A DNA stretch of 64,000 nt from positions 26,462 to 90,461 of the forward strand of contig JAUHZB010000001.1 of the NCBI GenBank assembly GCA_030426125.1, read 5' to 3'. Positions 48,350-57,754 of the stretch are shown here, in pieces. The translations under genes and the position numbers were made by a program. Each line of letters opens with the position of its first letter. Position 1 is the first letter of the stretch. Source of the DNA: a bacterium (GTDB lineage: Bacteria > Patescibacteriota > Saccharimonadia > Saccharimonadales > AWTP1-31). The notes under the pieces were generated by a model. The model did no database searches and was not told the DNA's origin. It saw nothing but the letters and a program-made list of their open reading frames with translations.

Positions 48350-48739
48350 CTAAAACCTCCCTGCAACATAAACCACAATACCTGATGCCAGAGTCACAAT
48401 AACCACTCCAATTAGAGCATTCATTATAGTAGTCTTAGCATCTTTCACACCCTCAGGTTCACCCTGGCTGGTAATAAATTTAAAACCGCCATAAATGATA
48501 AAGCCAAAGGCCACTAGTCCACCGAATCGAAGCAATATATCGATAATTGCTAAGCCAATTTTTAACAGATCGGCTGGGTTTGAAGCAAAATCTATATCTA
48601 CCTTACAGCTTTCGGTGAAATCCAAATACTTATACCAAGTAGGGAAAATACCAAGGAATAATGAATTCTTGCCACATTCGGGACCTGCTGCGAAAAGAAC
48701 AGGAAGATAACTGTTTAAGCTTGCTATGGTAAGCCACAT
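48350..48739 (-). CDS. T4SS pilin (VirB2/TrbC-like), copy 2
   Basis: PTWYKYL, YGGFKFITSQGEPE..KDAKTTIMNALIG. Confidence 0.87.
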   Translation of the reverse strand: MWLTIASLNSYLPVLFAAGPECGKNSLFLGIFPTWYKYLDFTESCKVDIDFASNPADLLKIGLAIIDILLRFGGLVAFGFIIYGGFKFITSQGEPEGVKDAKTTIMNALIGVVIVTLASGIVVYVAGRF

Positions 48740-48740
48740 T

Positions 48741-49139
48741 TTATATTACCCCTCCTGGCCACAACCATTGTAGTAACCCTAAGAAAAATATATAAGTAAC
48801 AAGCGCCAATATAGCATTATTTATTTTGCTTTTGGCAGCCGAGACTTTCTGAGGGTCACTACCAGCAGAAGTATACTGAATTCCAGCAATAATTATCATA
48901 GCGGTTACTACTATACCAATGGTGTAGGTCAAGAGCTTTATAGCCGGATCTATTAGTTTCTCGGTAATATCACAGTCTTCAGTGCTATCACACCGACTAA
49001 AGCTTGGTTCTTCGTCAGCAGCTAATACTGTCTGTGAAGGAACAACCGCAACACTTAGCAGAAAGCTTGAAAAAATAGCTAAAAATATTAGTTTTATGTT
49101 TATTAGATTAAATGTTGGTTTTTTGAGTATTGTAAACAT
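48741..49139 (-). CDS. T4SS pilin (VirB2/TrbC-like), copy 1
   Basis: IAGIQYTSAGSDPQKVSAAKSKINNAILAL; Cys pair. Confidence 0.87.
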   Translation of the reverse strand: MFTILKKPTFNLINIKLIFLAIFSSFLLSVAVVPSQTVLAADEEPSFSRCDSTEDCDITEKLIDPAIKLLTYTIGIVVTAMIIIAGIQYTSAGSDPQKVSAAKSKINNAILALVTYIFFLGLLQWLWPGGVI

Positions 49140-49400
49140 TATGTTTTGGTTTCCTGAACTTAGCAGGTGATAGTAATTACAGGCAGTAATTATACTACTA
49201 ATTCAAATTATACATCAATAAACAATAATTACAGCCAGCAACCCTATATTGGACTTATTGTTTTTCATGGTTTTAGATATGAATCTAGATTTGCGATATT
49301 ACCCTATCAAGACTATAGTAAATGTAAGTCATGTTAAGACAAATTTTATACAGATATTTAAGTATTGAATCAAAACTTAGGTTACGGTGAAAACATTTAA

Positions 49401-52400
49401 ATGAAAAAAATCAATCTAAAATTAATCAACTGGGCATTACTTTTTGTGTTTGCAATACAAATAACACTGCCTGTTATTTTACCCCCAACCAAGGTTAGCG
49501 CAGCAGAAAGTGTCGAAAGCTTAAAATCTAAAGTTAAACACATACAGAAACTCCGAGGACTTCGAAAGTGCATTGACGATAAACTAGCCACTGGAGGTAT
49601 CGGATTAGAAAGTGGTCCATTTACCCTAAAATTTATTGCTGGTAGAGCAGTGAATGCGTACGATACCCCCGTTGGCCATGGTGTTGATACTGGTGATGGT
49701 AAGTGGGACTGCGCTAGCGCGAGTGGCGACAGGGAGAACACTTGGTTCAAATTAATCCTAAAAAATGGTAGCGATAGTGAATACTACTCAGGTTGGAGTA
49801 GTGGCGGCGATAATTCCTATAAATCCGTTGCAAGCAAGAACCTAGCCGAAGAAGGGGGATATCTATACTTTATTAATCGGGATAATTTAGCTTCCCACTC
49901 TGGAGGTGGAAAGCTAACCGAAGGCCCTGCTAAAGGGAAAGTCAAAGATCAGCTAGGTAGAACAATAGCCGTGCTAGAAAGAGACTTAACTCAAGATGAA
50001 AAAGATGCCATGGCTTACCTTAACCTTTCATGGACTTTTGCTGATTCAAATGCCTGCAAAGCTCAGGAAGTTGACGCCAATAGCGGTGGAAAGAAAGTTA
50101 AAATTGGCAACAAATTATTCAGAGTAGGAAATCCTGGTGGTAAAAATTCAGTTGGTTTTGGCTTTTATGGTGATAACGGTCAAGGTATTGGAGATGGTAA
50201 TTTAACCTGTGAGCAAATAGCAGACAGGATGGCTTCCTTGGCTTCATCATATGAAAAAGCCACCGGTGACACATCCACAATACCCGAAGGATCAAACCGC
50301 GCCGTAGAAGCAGATGGCGACACCGAAGGAGACATAGAAGCACAATGCGATATCACCCCGAATCCGATCACTTGGATAATGTGTGCCTTAATTACTGGTT
50401 TTATAGAGGCCATTAACGCTCTTGATGAAGGAGTTACAAACCTACTAAACATTCGCGCCGCTGAATTCTTCGGCGAAGGCCAAGTAGGCGACAGCTTCAA
50501 TAGCGTTTGGGTAAGTGTTCGGACCATAGCTCTAGGTTTCCTGATAATTGTCGCTCTAGTTATGATAATCAGTACAGCTATAGGTGTTGGCCCCTTTGAT
50601 GCCTATACCGTTAAAAAGGTGATGCCTAGATTAGTAGCAGTTATTATATTAATACCGCTATCTTGGTCTATTGTTTATTTCATGATTGACATGACTAGTG
50701 TTATTGGATTTGGTGTGAGAAATCTAATTCAGGCACCTTTCGCTGCAAATATTGAAGGTATTGGCTTCGGTAGTACTGTATCTACAACTGCTGCAACAGG
50801 ACTACTTGTTGGAGGTTTATTCCTTGGATTACCTGGCCTTCTAAGCTTCTTGGTAGGTGGTTTTTTAGCAGTGCTAATTGCATATGTAGTACTTGTTCTT
50901 CGGCAAATATTCATAATACTTCTTGCTGTATTAGCACCCGTCGCACTGGTTGCAGCCATTCTGCCAAATACACAAAAAGCTTGGAAATTTTGGTGGGAAT
51001 CTTTTTGGAAGGCGCTCATAGTATTCCCAATTATTGCGGCATTTATTGCTGCAGGCCGAATATTTGCCCAAGTCGCCGAAACAACACAAGGTGGAGGTGT
51101 AGGTGACCTTATCGCGTTCGTGGCCTACTTTGCTCCGTATTTCCTAATACCTCAGGCCTTCAAAATGGCAGGAGGTCTACTAGGCAACCTAACTGGTGCT
51201 GTTAATGATCGAGGTCGTGGAGCCTTCGATAGACTTCGGAAGTTCCGCCAAGGGCAAATGCAACAGAATATGCAAAAAATTGATGAGGGGTCGAGATTTA
51301 GCGACAGAACTAAACTTGGCAGTAAGGTTAACTCGGGACTCCGCAAAACCAGTAAATTAAATGAGGCTGGTTTTCGACCAAGTAAAATGCGATCAAACAT
51401 CAATTCTGCAATATCGGCACAAGACCTAAGATTAGCCGATGAAAAAGGCGAAAAAGACGATGCAGTCCGTGCAATAATTAATGATGATGATATGCTAGAT
51501 TCATTTAAATTTGATGATACAGATGATCAAATTCGACAAAGACTACTTGATAGTGGAAGATTCGGCGAGGCCGGATCTAAAGAACTCAATGCCGCAGTTG
51601 CAACAGTGCGACGAGCAAAACGTACGGCTAATAGTAGCGTAAGAAGTCAAATTGCTGCCGTTGGTTCAACCGCAACAGGTACGGGAATAAAAACACATGC
51701 TGATATGTATCAAGCTGCCATTGATGCCTCAGATGGTAATCCATCAACCAGGAACGCTGTATTTGCCAAAATGCGTGCTGCGGCTGAACGCGCCGGTAAC
51801 TACTCATTGTCTGGCCCAGGCCATGCAGAATCAGTAGATGCAATGGAAAGCATGGCGAGAGGAGAGTCGGCATCGAGTATTAATGCCCGAATGCTTGCAA
51901 GATCCATGGAGGTACAAGGGGCGGGTAAAATCCTACAAGGAAAACCTACGGATGTTGAAAACTTAACCGCACAACTAGCAACAGACTATCAGTCCGCTAT
52001 GGCTGATGGAGATCTCGATAAAGCAACCTCACTTGCCGCACAAATGAAATCATTGCGAGATGCAGATAACGGAGCATCGCCTGAAAATACTAAACATGTT
52101 AATGCTATGCTTGCAGCTTCAGAGATAGATGAGGGTATGGTCAACCCCGAAACAGGTGCACCTTTGTCGATCGACGAACAATTCGCAAGGAAAATATCCG
52201 GGCGAATGGGCTCTTCGCTAACAACCGAAGTGAAGGACAAGTATGCCACCGAGCTAGCTGCGGAACATCAACGTCGTGTTAATTCTGAAAACATAGTTCG
52301 AGCTAGAAGCGGACAACCACAACTCACTGGAGCTGAGAGTTTAGCAAAATTTGACAAACTCGTAGATGAGACAGCTCTAAACGTCATTAATCAAAGGATT

Positions 52401-52496
52401 CGTACTCGTGCTGGATCGTACGACGTTGGAGGTGGTAATAGGAACGTTCCAGAAGAACTCAGGAGACAACAAGCCTTAAGTCAAGACGATAATTAA
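49401..52496 (+). CDS. Extended VirB6/TrbL-like polytopic T4SS membrane protein
   Basis: Signal peptide, ~300 aa Gly/Cys-rich exported domain, multi-TM core (DAYTVKKVMPRL, LRQIFIILLAVLAPVALVAAILPNT...WW), ~400 aa charged C-terminal tail; located upstream of prgI/virB4. Confidence 0.78.
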   Translation: MKKINLKLINWALLFVFAIQITLPVILPPTKVSAAESVESLKSKVKHIQKLRGLRKCIDDKLATGGIGLESGPFTLKFIAGRAVNAYDTPVGHGVDTGDGKWDCASASGDRENTWFKLILKNGSDSEYYSGWSSGGDNSYKSVASKNLAEEGGYLYFINRDNLASHSGGGKLTEGPAKGKVKDQLGRTIAVLERDLTQDEKDAMAYLNLSWTFADSNACKAQEVDANSGGKKVKIGNKLFRVGNPGGKNSVGFGFYGDNGQGIGDGNLTCEQIADRMASLASSYEKATGDTSTIPEGSNRAVEADGDTEGDIEAQCDITPNPITWIMCALITGFIEAINALDEGVTNLLNIRAAEFFGEGQVGDSFNSVWVSVRTIALGFLIIVALVMIISTAIGVGPFDAYTVKKVMPRLVAVIILIPLSWSIVYFMIDMTSVIGFGVRNLIQAPFAANIEGIGFGSTVSTTAATGLLVGGLFLGLPGLLSFLVGGFLAVLIAYVVLVLRQIFIILLAVLAPVALVAAILPNTQKAWKFWWESFWKALIVFPIIAAFIAAGRIFAQVAETTQGGGVGDLIAFVAYFAPYFLIPQAFKMAGGLLGNLTGAVNDRGRGAFDRLRKFRQGQMQQNMQKIDEGSRFSDRTKLGSKVNSGLRKTSKLNEAGFRPSKMRSNINSAISAQDLRLADEKGEKDDAVRAIINDDDMLDSFKFDDTDDQIRQRLLDSGRFGEAGSKELNAAVATVRRAKRTANSSVRSQIAAVGSTATGTGIKTHADMYQAAIDASDGNPSTRNAVFAKMRAAAERAGNYSLSGPGHAESVDAMESMARGESASSINARMLARSMEVQGAGKILQGKPTDVENLTAQLATDYQSAMADGDLDKATSLAAQMKSLRDADNGASPENTKHVNAMLAASEIDEGMVNPETGAPLSIDEQFARKISGRMGSSLTTEVKDKYATELAAEHQRRVNSENIVRARSGQPQLTGAESLAKFDKLVDETALNVINQRIRTRAGSYDVGGGNRNVPEELRRQQALSQDDN

Positions 52497-52521
52497 TGCG
52501 CATTGACATAGTGATATATAT

Positions 52522-53670
52522 GTGATAATATATAAAATAGACATGAAAACAAAAAACCACCCTCCTACAAACACAATCAACTCTAGCCCTGAAACACAAC
52601 CGCAACCTATAGAGATCCAAGAAGAAGAAGTTGCCTATAGTGGCTTGCGTCGTGAACTTTTTCAACGTGTCTCGGATGCAGCCTCAAACAGCATAGAAAA
52701 AACCTCGCAAACAGACCATGTAATCAGGACTGCTCCAAGTGGTGCAGAAAGAACCAGAGGCTTCTATAGCGCTCCTGAGCCTAACGACGTTAAGCCGGTC
52801 GGAATTTTCGAAAAAGCAGCAAGCCATATCAGACAAAGACAAGCTGCAAAAAAGCGTCGCCTAGAGTATGAACGTCGGCGGCTGCACAGTAGTCACGGAG
52901 GAGTCCCAGAGGACACAATAGACTACTCTAATCCAGAAAAACCCAAAAACCCAGTTTTTACGCTGGAAAGAGAATTCTCTCCAACAGCCCCAAGCGTCAA
53001 AAAAAGTGTTGAAAAATTAGAAAAAAACAGAGAAGATCAAGGGGTACCTAAAGCCAGCAAACTAGGTGTAAAGCCGATGAATGACTATGGTGAAGTCTAC
53101 AAAAAAAGAAGATCTTGGAGAGAGCGTAGAATAGAAAAAACCCAAACCAGAAAAGATCGGCGATTAAAAAAAGCTATTGATAGGCTAGACAGAAAACTCG
53201 AACGGGGCGAAGACGGTAAGACCTTGCATGGTAAATATCGAGATAAAAAAATTCATTTACTTGAATCTCTTAAACAATATTCCGATAAAAGAGTCGCTCA
53301 TGAAGACAGTAAACTTGTTAAAGTTGCACGGCAGAAAAACAAGCAAGAGTTAGCTAAATTTCTTGCAACGCACCCACCACTAGCTATGATGAGTCGAGCT
53401 GAAGCACAACAGCTGTCCGATTTACAGCGAGCAGGCGAAGCTCGTGTACTAGAAGCTGAAATGGAACTATGGATGAGGAGGTCGGGCGCAATTTCTGAAA
53501 ATGAGCGTAGGAAGTTAATTAGACAGCGTCGAGAAGCATCCTTTAGGGGAGATCAGCATAATCGACGATTGATGAAAACCGCAGCAGGCAGGCAACAACT
53601 AAAGCGACAATTCAATATAGACAATGGTGTATACGGAAGATTGCCCGAAGAAGACCAAAGTAGGAAATAA
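52522..53670 (+). CDS. Hypothetical K/R-rich coiled-coil protein within the T4SS locus (likely start ATG 52543)
   Basis: 382 aa ORF, no TM, highly basic C-terminal half. Confidence 0.65.
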   Translation: MIIYKIDMKTKNHPPTNTINSSPETQPQPIEIQEEEVAYSGLRRELFQRVSDAASNSIEKTSQTDHVIRTAPSGAERTRGFYSAPEPNDVKPVGIFEKAASHIRQRQAAKKRRLEYERRRLHSSHGGVPEDTIDYSNPEKPKNPVFTLEREFSPTAPSVKKSVEKLEKNREDQGVPKASKLGVKPMNDYGEVYKKRRSWRERRIEKTQTRKDRRLKKAIDRLDRKLERGEDGKTLHGKYRDKKIHLLESLKQYSDKRVAHEDSKLVKVARQKNKQELAKFLATHPPLAMMSRAEAQQLSDLQRAGEARVLEAEMELWMRRSGAISENERRKLIRQRREASFRGDQHNRRLMKTAAGRQQLKRQFNIDNGVYGRLPEEDQSRK

Positions 53671-53717
53671 TTTAACAATACTGTACACAGCGACAATTAC
53701 TTTGTACCATATAGGTT

Positions 53718-54782
53718 ATGGCAACCTACAAAGTACTCCAGGATATAGAAGCTGAAGACACCTTTCTAGGTCCTCTCACTCTAAAACAGTTCATCTTCGG
53801 GGCTGTGGCTATTGTTAGCTCATATGTTGCATTTTTGTTAATGACCAAAGGTCTATGGGTGTTAGCTATCCCACTACTGCCGGTAATCTTTGTGCTTGGC
53901 TTTCTAGCTTTCCCGTGGGGAAGAGATCAACCAACCGAAACATGGTTGCTAGCAAAAATTCGCTTTATGTTTAAACCCAGAATTCGTATCTGGAATCAGA
54001 CTGGTATTCAAGAACTAGTAAAGATTACGGCGCCACCACCAAAACTAGAATATACCGGAGATAACCTATCACAAACTGAGGTAAAAAGTCGCCTTAAAGC
54101 CTTGGCAGAAACCATCGACAGTCGTGGCTGGGTGGTTAAAAACGTCTCCGCTCAACAATACGCCAGCCCTAGCTACGGTCTGCTCTCTAAAAAGAATCAA
54201 TCTGATAGATTGGTTGAAGTATCTACTTTACCAAAAACCGAATCTCCAATAAATGACAATGGTATCGAAGACATGTTTGATAGCAGTAGGGCCGATCAAC
54301 TAACTAGTCAAATAGATCAAAGAAATCAAGATCACCGCAAGGAAACTGTCAGTCAGCTAAAAAGTGCCGCCAAAAAAGACAGCCAACCAGCCCCAGATCT
54401 ATGGTTCATGAATGAAGGTCCAGCCCCCAGCAAACCCGGCATGGCTAGCTTTGGAACCTCTACTGTCGCTCCTGGACAAAGTAGCTCTTCACTACCTAAT
54501 AGTTTTAGGTCAAAAAAACAGACTAAAGATCCAGACGAAAAAGCCATCTCTGAAAAACTAAAAGCTAAAAAAGATAAACCCGGGCAAGCATTCAGGAATC
54601 ACAAAACCATAGTTCCAGCCGACCAACAAAAACCATTAACACAACCGATGACAAGCGTGCCTGACCCTGTTACAATTGAACTAGCCAGAAACAACGATCG
54701 CAACATCGACAGTTTAGCTAGGGAGAGTACTAGAGCCCATAAACCACCTGAAGATGATGAAGTAGTTGTATCTCTGCATTAG
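53718..54782 (+). CDS. PrgI family (VirB3-like) T4SS protein with long C-terminal tail
   Basis: YKVLQDIEAEDTFLGPLTLKQF, two TM, QP.E.WL...F..KPR.R.W. Confidence 0.85.
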   Translation: MATYKVLQDIEAEDTFLGPLTLKQFIFGAVAIVSSYVAFLLMTKGLWVLAIPLLPVIFVLGFLAFPWGRDQPTETWLLAKIRFMFKPRIRIWNQTGIQELVKITAPPPKLEYTGDNLSQTEVKSRLKALAETIDSRGWVVKNVSAQQYASPSYGLLSKKNQSDRLVEVSTLPKTESPINDNGIEDMFDSSRADQLTSQIDQRNQDHRKETVSQLKSAAKKDSQPAPDLWFMNEGPAPSKPGMASFGTSTVAPGQSSSSLPNSFRSKKQTKDPDEKAISEKLKAKKDKPGQAFRNHKTIVPADQQKPLTQPMTSVPDPVTIELARNNDRNIDSLARESTRAHKPPEDDEVVVSLH

Positions 54783-54805
54783 AATAAAGTGGGTAAAACA
54801 GATAT

Positions 54806-55822
54806 ATGAATCCAACGCAGAACCAACCAGCTTCGGCTATGCCGCCTCAAGGACCTGGCGCTAACCCCTACGCAAATAATGCTCTACCAAACACCGCACC
54901 TCCAGCCGGAGGTATCCCAAACAACCAAGGTGTATCTTCTCAGGCTAATCCAATGCCTGGATCAGTTCCTTATACTGCCGCCTCCTTGCCGGGCAATAGT
55001 TTTAACCCACAATACAATCAGGCTCAACAACAGAACCAACAACCAAGTCAGCAACCTGGCGTTTCCCAGCCAAAAACAGTAGCTCCAAAATCTAACCCCA
55101 ACAGTACTCAAAACACTTTAAACATTGCCGAAATACGCGATGGTATCGTAATAATGAACGATGGTAGTTTTCGTTCTGTAGTGATGGTTAAGTCGGTAAA
55201 CTTCGATCTAATGAGCCCTCAGGAGCAGGAAGCTGTAGAGTATAGCTACCAAGGTTTTCTAAACTCGCTATATTTTCCAATTCAAATAAATATGCGTTCT
55301 CAAAAAGTTGATCTATCTCCGTATATCGAAAAATTAGACAAGATCAGAACCGAGCACGACAATATGCTTTTAGCTCTGCTAATGGAAGATTACATTAACT
55401 TCATGGGAGACCTCAGTCAGCAAACCAACATTATGGATAAAAAGTTCTACGTTGTTATACCCTACTTCCCAACCGTGGACATCCAAAATGCTCTTAGTAA
55501 CAGCAAGGGTCTAGTTAAGGGTCTCGGGGCACTATTTAGCAAAAGTCCTCAAACCCAAGTTACTATCAACGAAGTTGATCTAAACAAAGCTAAGGACGAA
55601 CTCAGAAACCGCGTACAAGCAGTCCTAGGTGGACTAATGCAATGTGGGGTACAAGGCTTACCGCTAGACACTCAAGAACTTATTGAGCTCTACTATGACA
55701 GCTACAACCCTGACACCGCCACCCGCCAGCAGCTAAAGAACTTCGACAACCTCACTGCACCTGTAATAACCAAGGGTCAAGGTCAAGCCCATAATCCAAA
55801 CCTAGACAGGGAGATGAACTAA
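54806..55822 (+). CDS. T4SS-associated protein (VirB4 N-terminal/TraC-like domain) with Q/P-rich N-terminus
   Basis: STQNTLNIAEIRDGIVIM, VNFDLMS..EQEA....Y..FLNSL.FPIQI, FYVVIPY, LIELYY..YNP; TAATG overlap with virB4. Confidence 0.75.
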   Translation: MNPTQNQPASAMPPQGPGANPYANNALPNTAPPAGGIPNNQGVSSQANPMPGSVPYTAASLPGNSFNPQYNQAQQQNQQPSQQPGVSQPKTVAPKSNPNSTQNTLNIAEIRDGIVIMNDGSFRSVVMVKSVNFDLMSPQEQEAVEYSYQGFLNSLYFPIQINMRSQKVDLSPYIEKLDKIRTEHDNMLLALLMEDYINFMGDLSQQTNIMDKKFYVVIPYFPTVDIQNALSNSKGLVKGLGALFSKSPQTQVTINEVDLNKAKDELRNRVQAVLGGLMQCGVQGLPLDTQELIELYYDSYNPDTATRQQLKNFDNLTAPVITKGQGQAHNPNLDREMN

Positions 55823-57738
55823 TGCTCGGTAAAAAGAAAAAAGTAGAGAATGATCCAGTAGCTCTTGCCCAACAACAAAGAGCCCGCGAGGAACAAGAAG
55901 TAAACGCTGCCTTTAATAAAGGTGTCACTGCTCTTCGTGACTTTATTGCTCCAAGCTCCATCGAATACCAAAACAACTTCTTCCACCTAGGAACTAGGAT
56001 TGCCAGAACCTTCTATGTTTTTGGTTATCCTCGGCAAATCTTCACCGGCTGGCTTAGTAGTATGATTAACCTCGATGAAGTCCTGGATCTATCTATCTAC
56101 ATCTACCCTGTAGAGAGTCAGGTGGTGCTAGAAAATCTTCGGAAGAAGGTAACCCAACTTGAAGCTGGACTTCAGATTGATGCTGAAAAGGGAAGAACCA
56201 GAGATCCAGGTAAGCAAGCAGCAATTCAAGATGCCGAAGAAATGCGCGACAAACTACAAGTGGGTGAAGAGAGATTCTTTAGATTTGGCCTATACTTTAC
56301 AATTTATGCTTCCAGTATGGATGAAATGGAGTTCGTAACCCATAAGATTGAATCAATACTCGGTCAGCAGCTAGTCTACTCCAAGGTAGCCACCTCTCAG
56401 CAAGAACAAGGTTTTAACAGCACCGTCCCCCAATTCACCGACCAGCTTCAAATCAGGCGCAACATGAACACCGGTGCTATTAGTACTAGCTTCCCATTTA
56501 CCAGCGCTGATCTTAGTCAAGACAACGGTATTTTATACGGCATCAACATGCACAACTCTGGTCTGGTAATATTCGATCGGTTTACCCTAGAAAACAGCAA
56601 CTCAGTGGTCTTCGCTAAGTCTGGTGCTGGTAAGTCATTTGCTGTAAAACTAGAAGCTCTTCGAAGCCTAATGTTTGGCACCGAGATTTTCATAATTGAC
56701 CCCGAAAACGAATACCAGAGAATGGCTGAAGCGGTTGGGGGAGCCTACGTTAGACTTAGTCTTAGTTCGGCCACTCGAATTAATCCATTTGACCTGCCAA
56801 AAGTAGTAGACACCGAAGAAGCTGACAATGCTCTCAGAAGCAACATAATTACCCTTCACGGTCTCTTGCGACTGATGATGGGTGGTGCCCAGGCTCAGAT
56901 GGCTGGCAGTGGAACAGCTGCCATGCCAGCCCTAAATCCAGTAGAAGAATCCGATCTTGATGCAGCCTTAATTGAAACTTACGCTAAAGCTGGAATCACC
57001 AACGATCCACTAACCCATAACTCCCAACCACCGACCATAATGGACCTATACGACACCTTACTTCATATGGGTGGTACCGGACCACAATTGGCTCAACGAA
57101 TCAGAAAATATACCACCGGTACCTTTGCTGGGATTTTCAGCCAACAATCCAATACAAACATAAACAACCCGCTAGTGGTCTTTAATATTCGTGACCTAGA
57201 AGATGAGCTCCGACCAGTAGCTATGTATATAGTCCTAAACTACATCTGGAACAAAACTAAAAGTGACCAGAAAAGACGCATGCTTGTCATTGACGAGGCC
57301 TGGCAGTTAATGAAATACGAAGATTCAGCCAACTTTATGTTTAGCCTTGCTAAACGAGCTAGGAAATATAACCTAGGCATCACCACCATCAGCCAAGACG
57401 TTGAAGACTTCATGGGTAGCCGAATGGGAAGGGCGATTGTAGCTAACGCTAGTATGCAACTACTACTAAAACAATCTTCTTCAGCTGTCGACGTATTAGC
57501 CGATGTCTTCAAGCTTACTAGTGAAGAAAAGAAAAGACTTAGCCAATTCCCAGTCGGTCAAGGTTTGTTCTTCGCTGGCCAAAGCCACGTGCATGTTCAA
57601 ATCCAAGCTAGCCCTACTGAGATGAATCTAATAACCACTAATCCTGACCAGATGCAAGAAATTAGTCAAAGTGGAGACCTAGACAAACCACAAGGCACTA
57701 TTGATTTACAAAACCGCTTAACACCAGGATCAGGATAA
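55822..57738 (+). CDS. virB4: VirB4-like T4SS ATPase
   Basis: Walker A AKSGAGKS, IIDPENEY, RINPFDL, Walker B LVIDEAW, KRARKY, ISQDVEDF. Confidence 0.93.
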   Translation: MLGKKKKVENDPVALAQQQRAREEQEVNAAFNKGVTALRDFIAPSSIEYQNNFFHLGTRIARTFYVFGYPRQIFTGWLSSMINLDEVLDLSIYIYPVESQVVLENLRKKVTQLEAGLQIDAEKGRTRDPGKQAAIQDAEEMRDKLQVGEERFFRFGLYFTIYASSMDEMEFVTHKIESILGQQLVYSKVATSQQEQGFNSTVPQFTDQLQIRRNMNTGAISTSFPFTSADLSQDNGILYGINMHNSGLVIFDRFTLENSNSVVFAKSGAGKSFAVKLEALRSLMFGTEIFIIDPENEYQRMAEAVGGAYVRLSLSSATRINPFDLPKVVDTEEADNALRSNIITLHGLLRLMMGGAQAQMAGSGTAAMPALNPVEESDLDAALIETYAKAGITNDPLTHNSQPPTIMDLYDTLLHMGGTGPQLAQRIRKYTTGTFAGIFSQQSNTNINNPLVVFNIRDLEDELRPVAMYIVLNYIWNKTKSDQKRRMLVIDEAWQLMKYEDSANFMFSLAKRARKYNLGITTISQDVEDFMGSRMGRAIVANASMQLLLKQSSSAVDVLADVFKLTSEEKKRLSQFPVGQGLFFAGQSHVHVQIQASPTEMNLITTNPDQMQEISQSGDLDKPQGTIDLQNRLTPGSG

Positions 57739-57754
57739 GGTTGAGGTATAGCTT

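Noticed and set aside
46762-49139. CRISPR array or DGR-type cassette explaining the repeated small genes
   Set aside because: Similarity is at the protein-motif level. I saw no identical DNA repeats, cas genes, reverse transcriptase or recombinase in the window.
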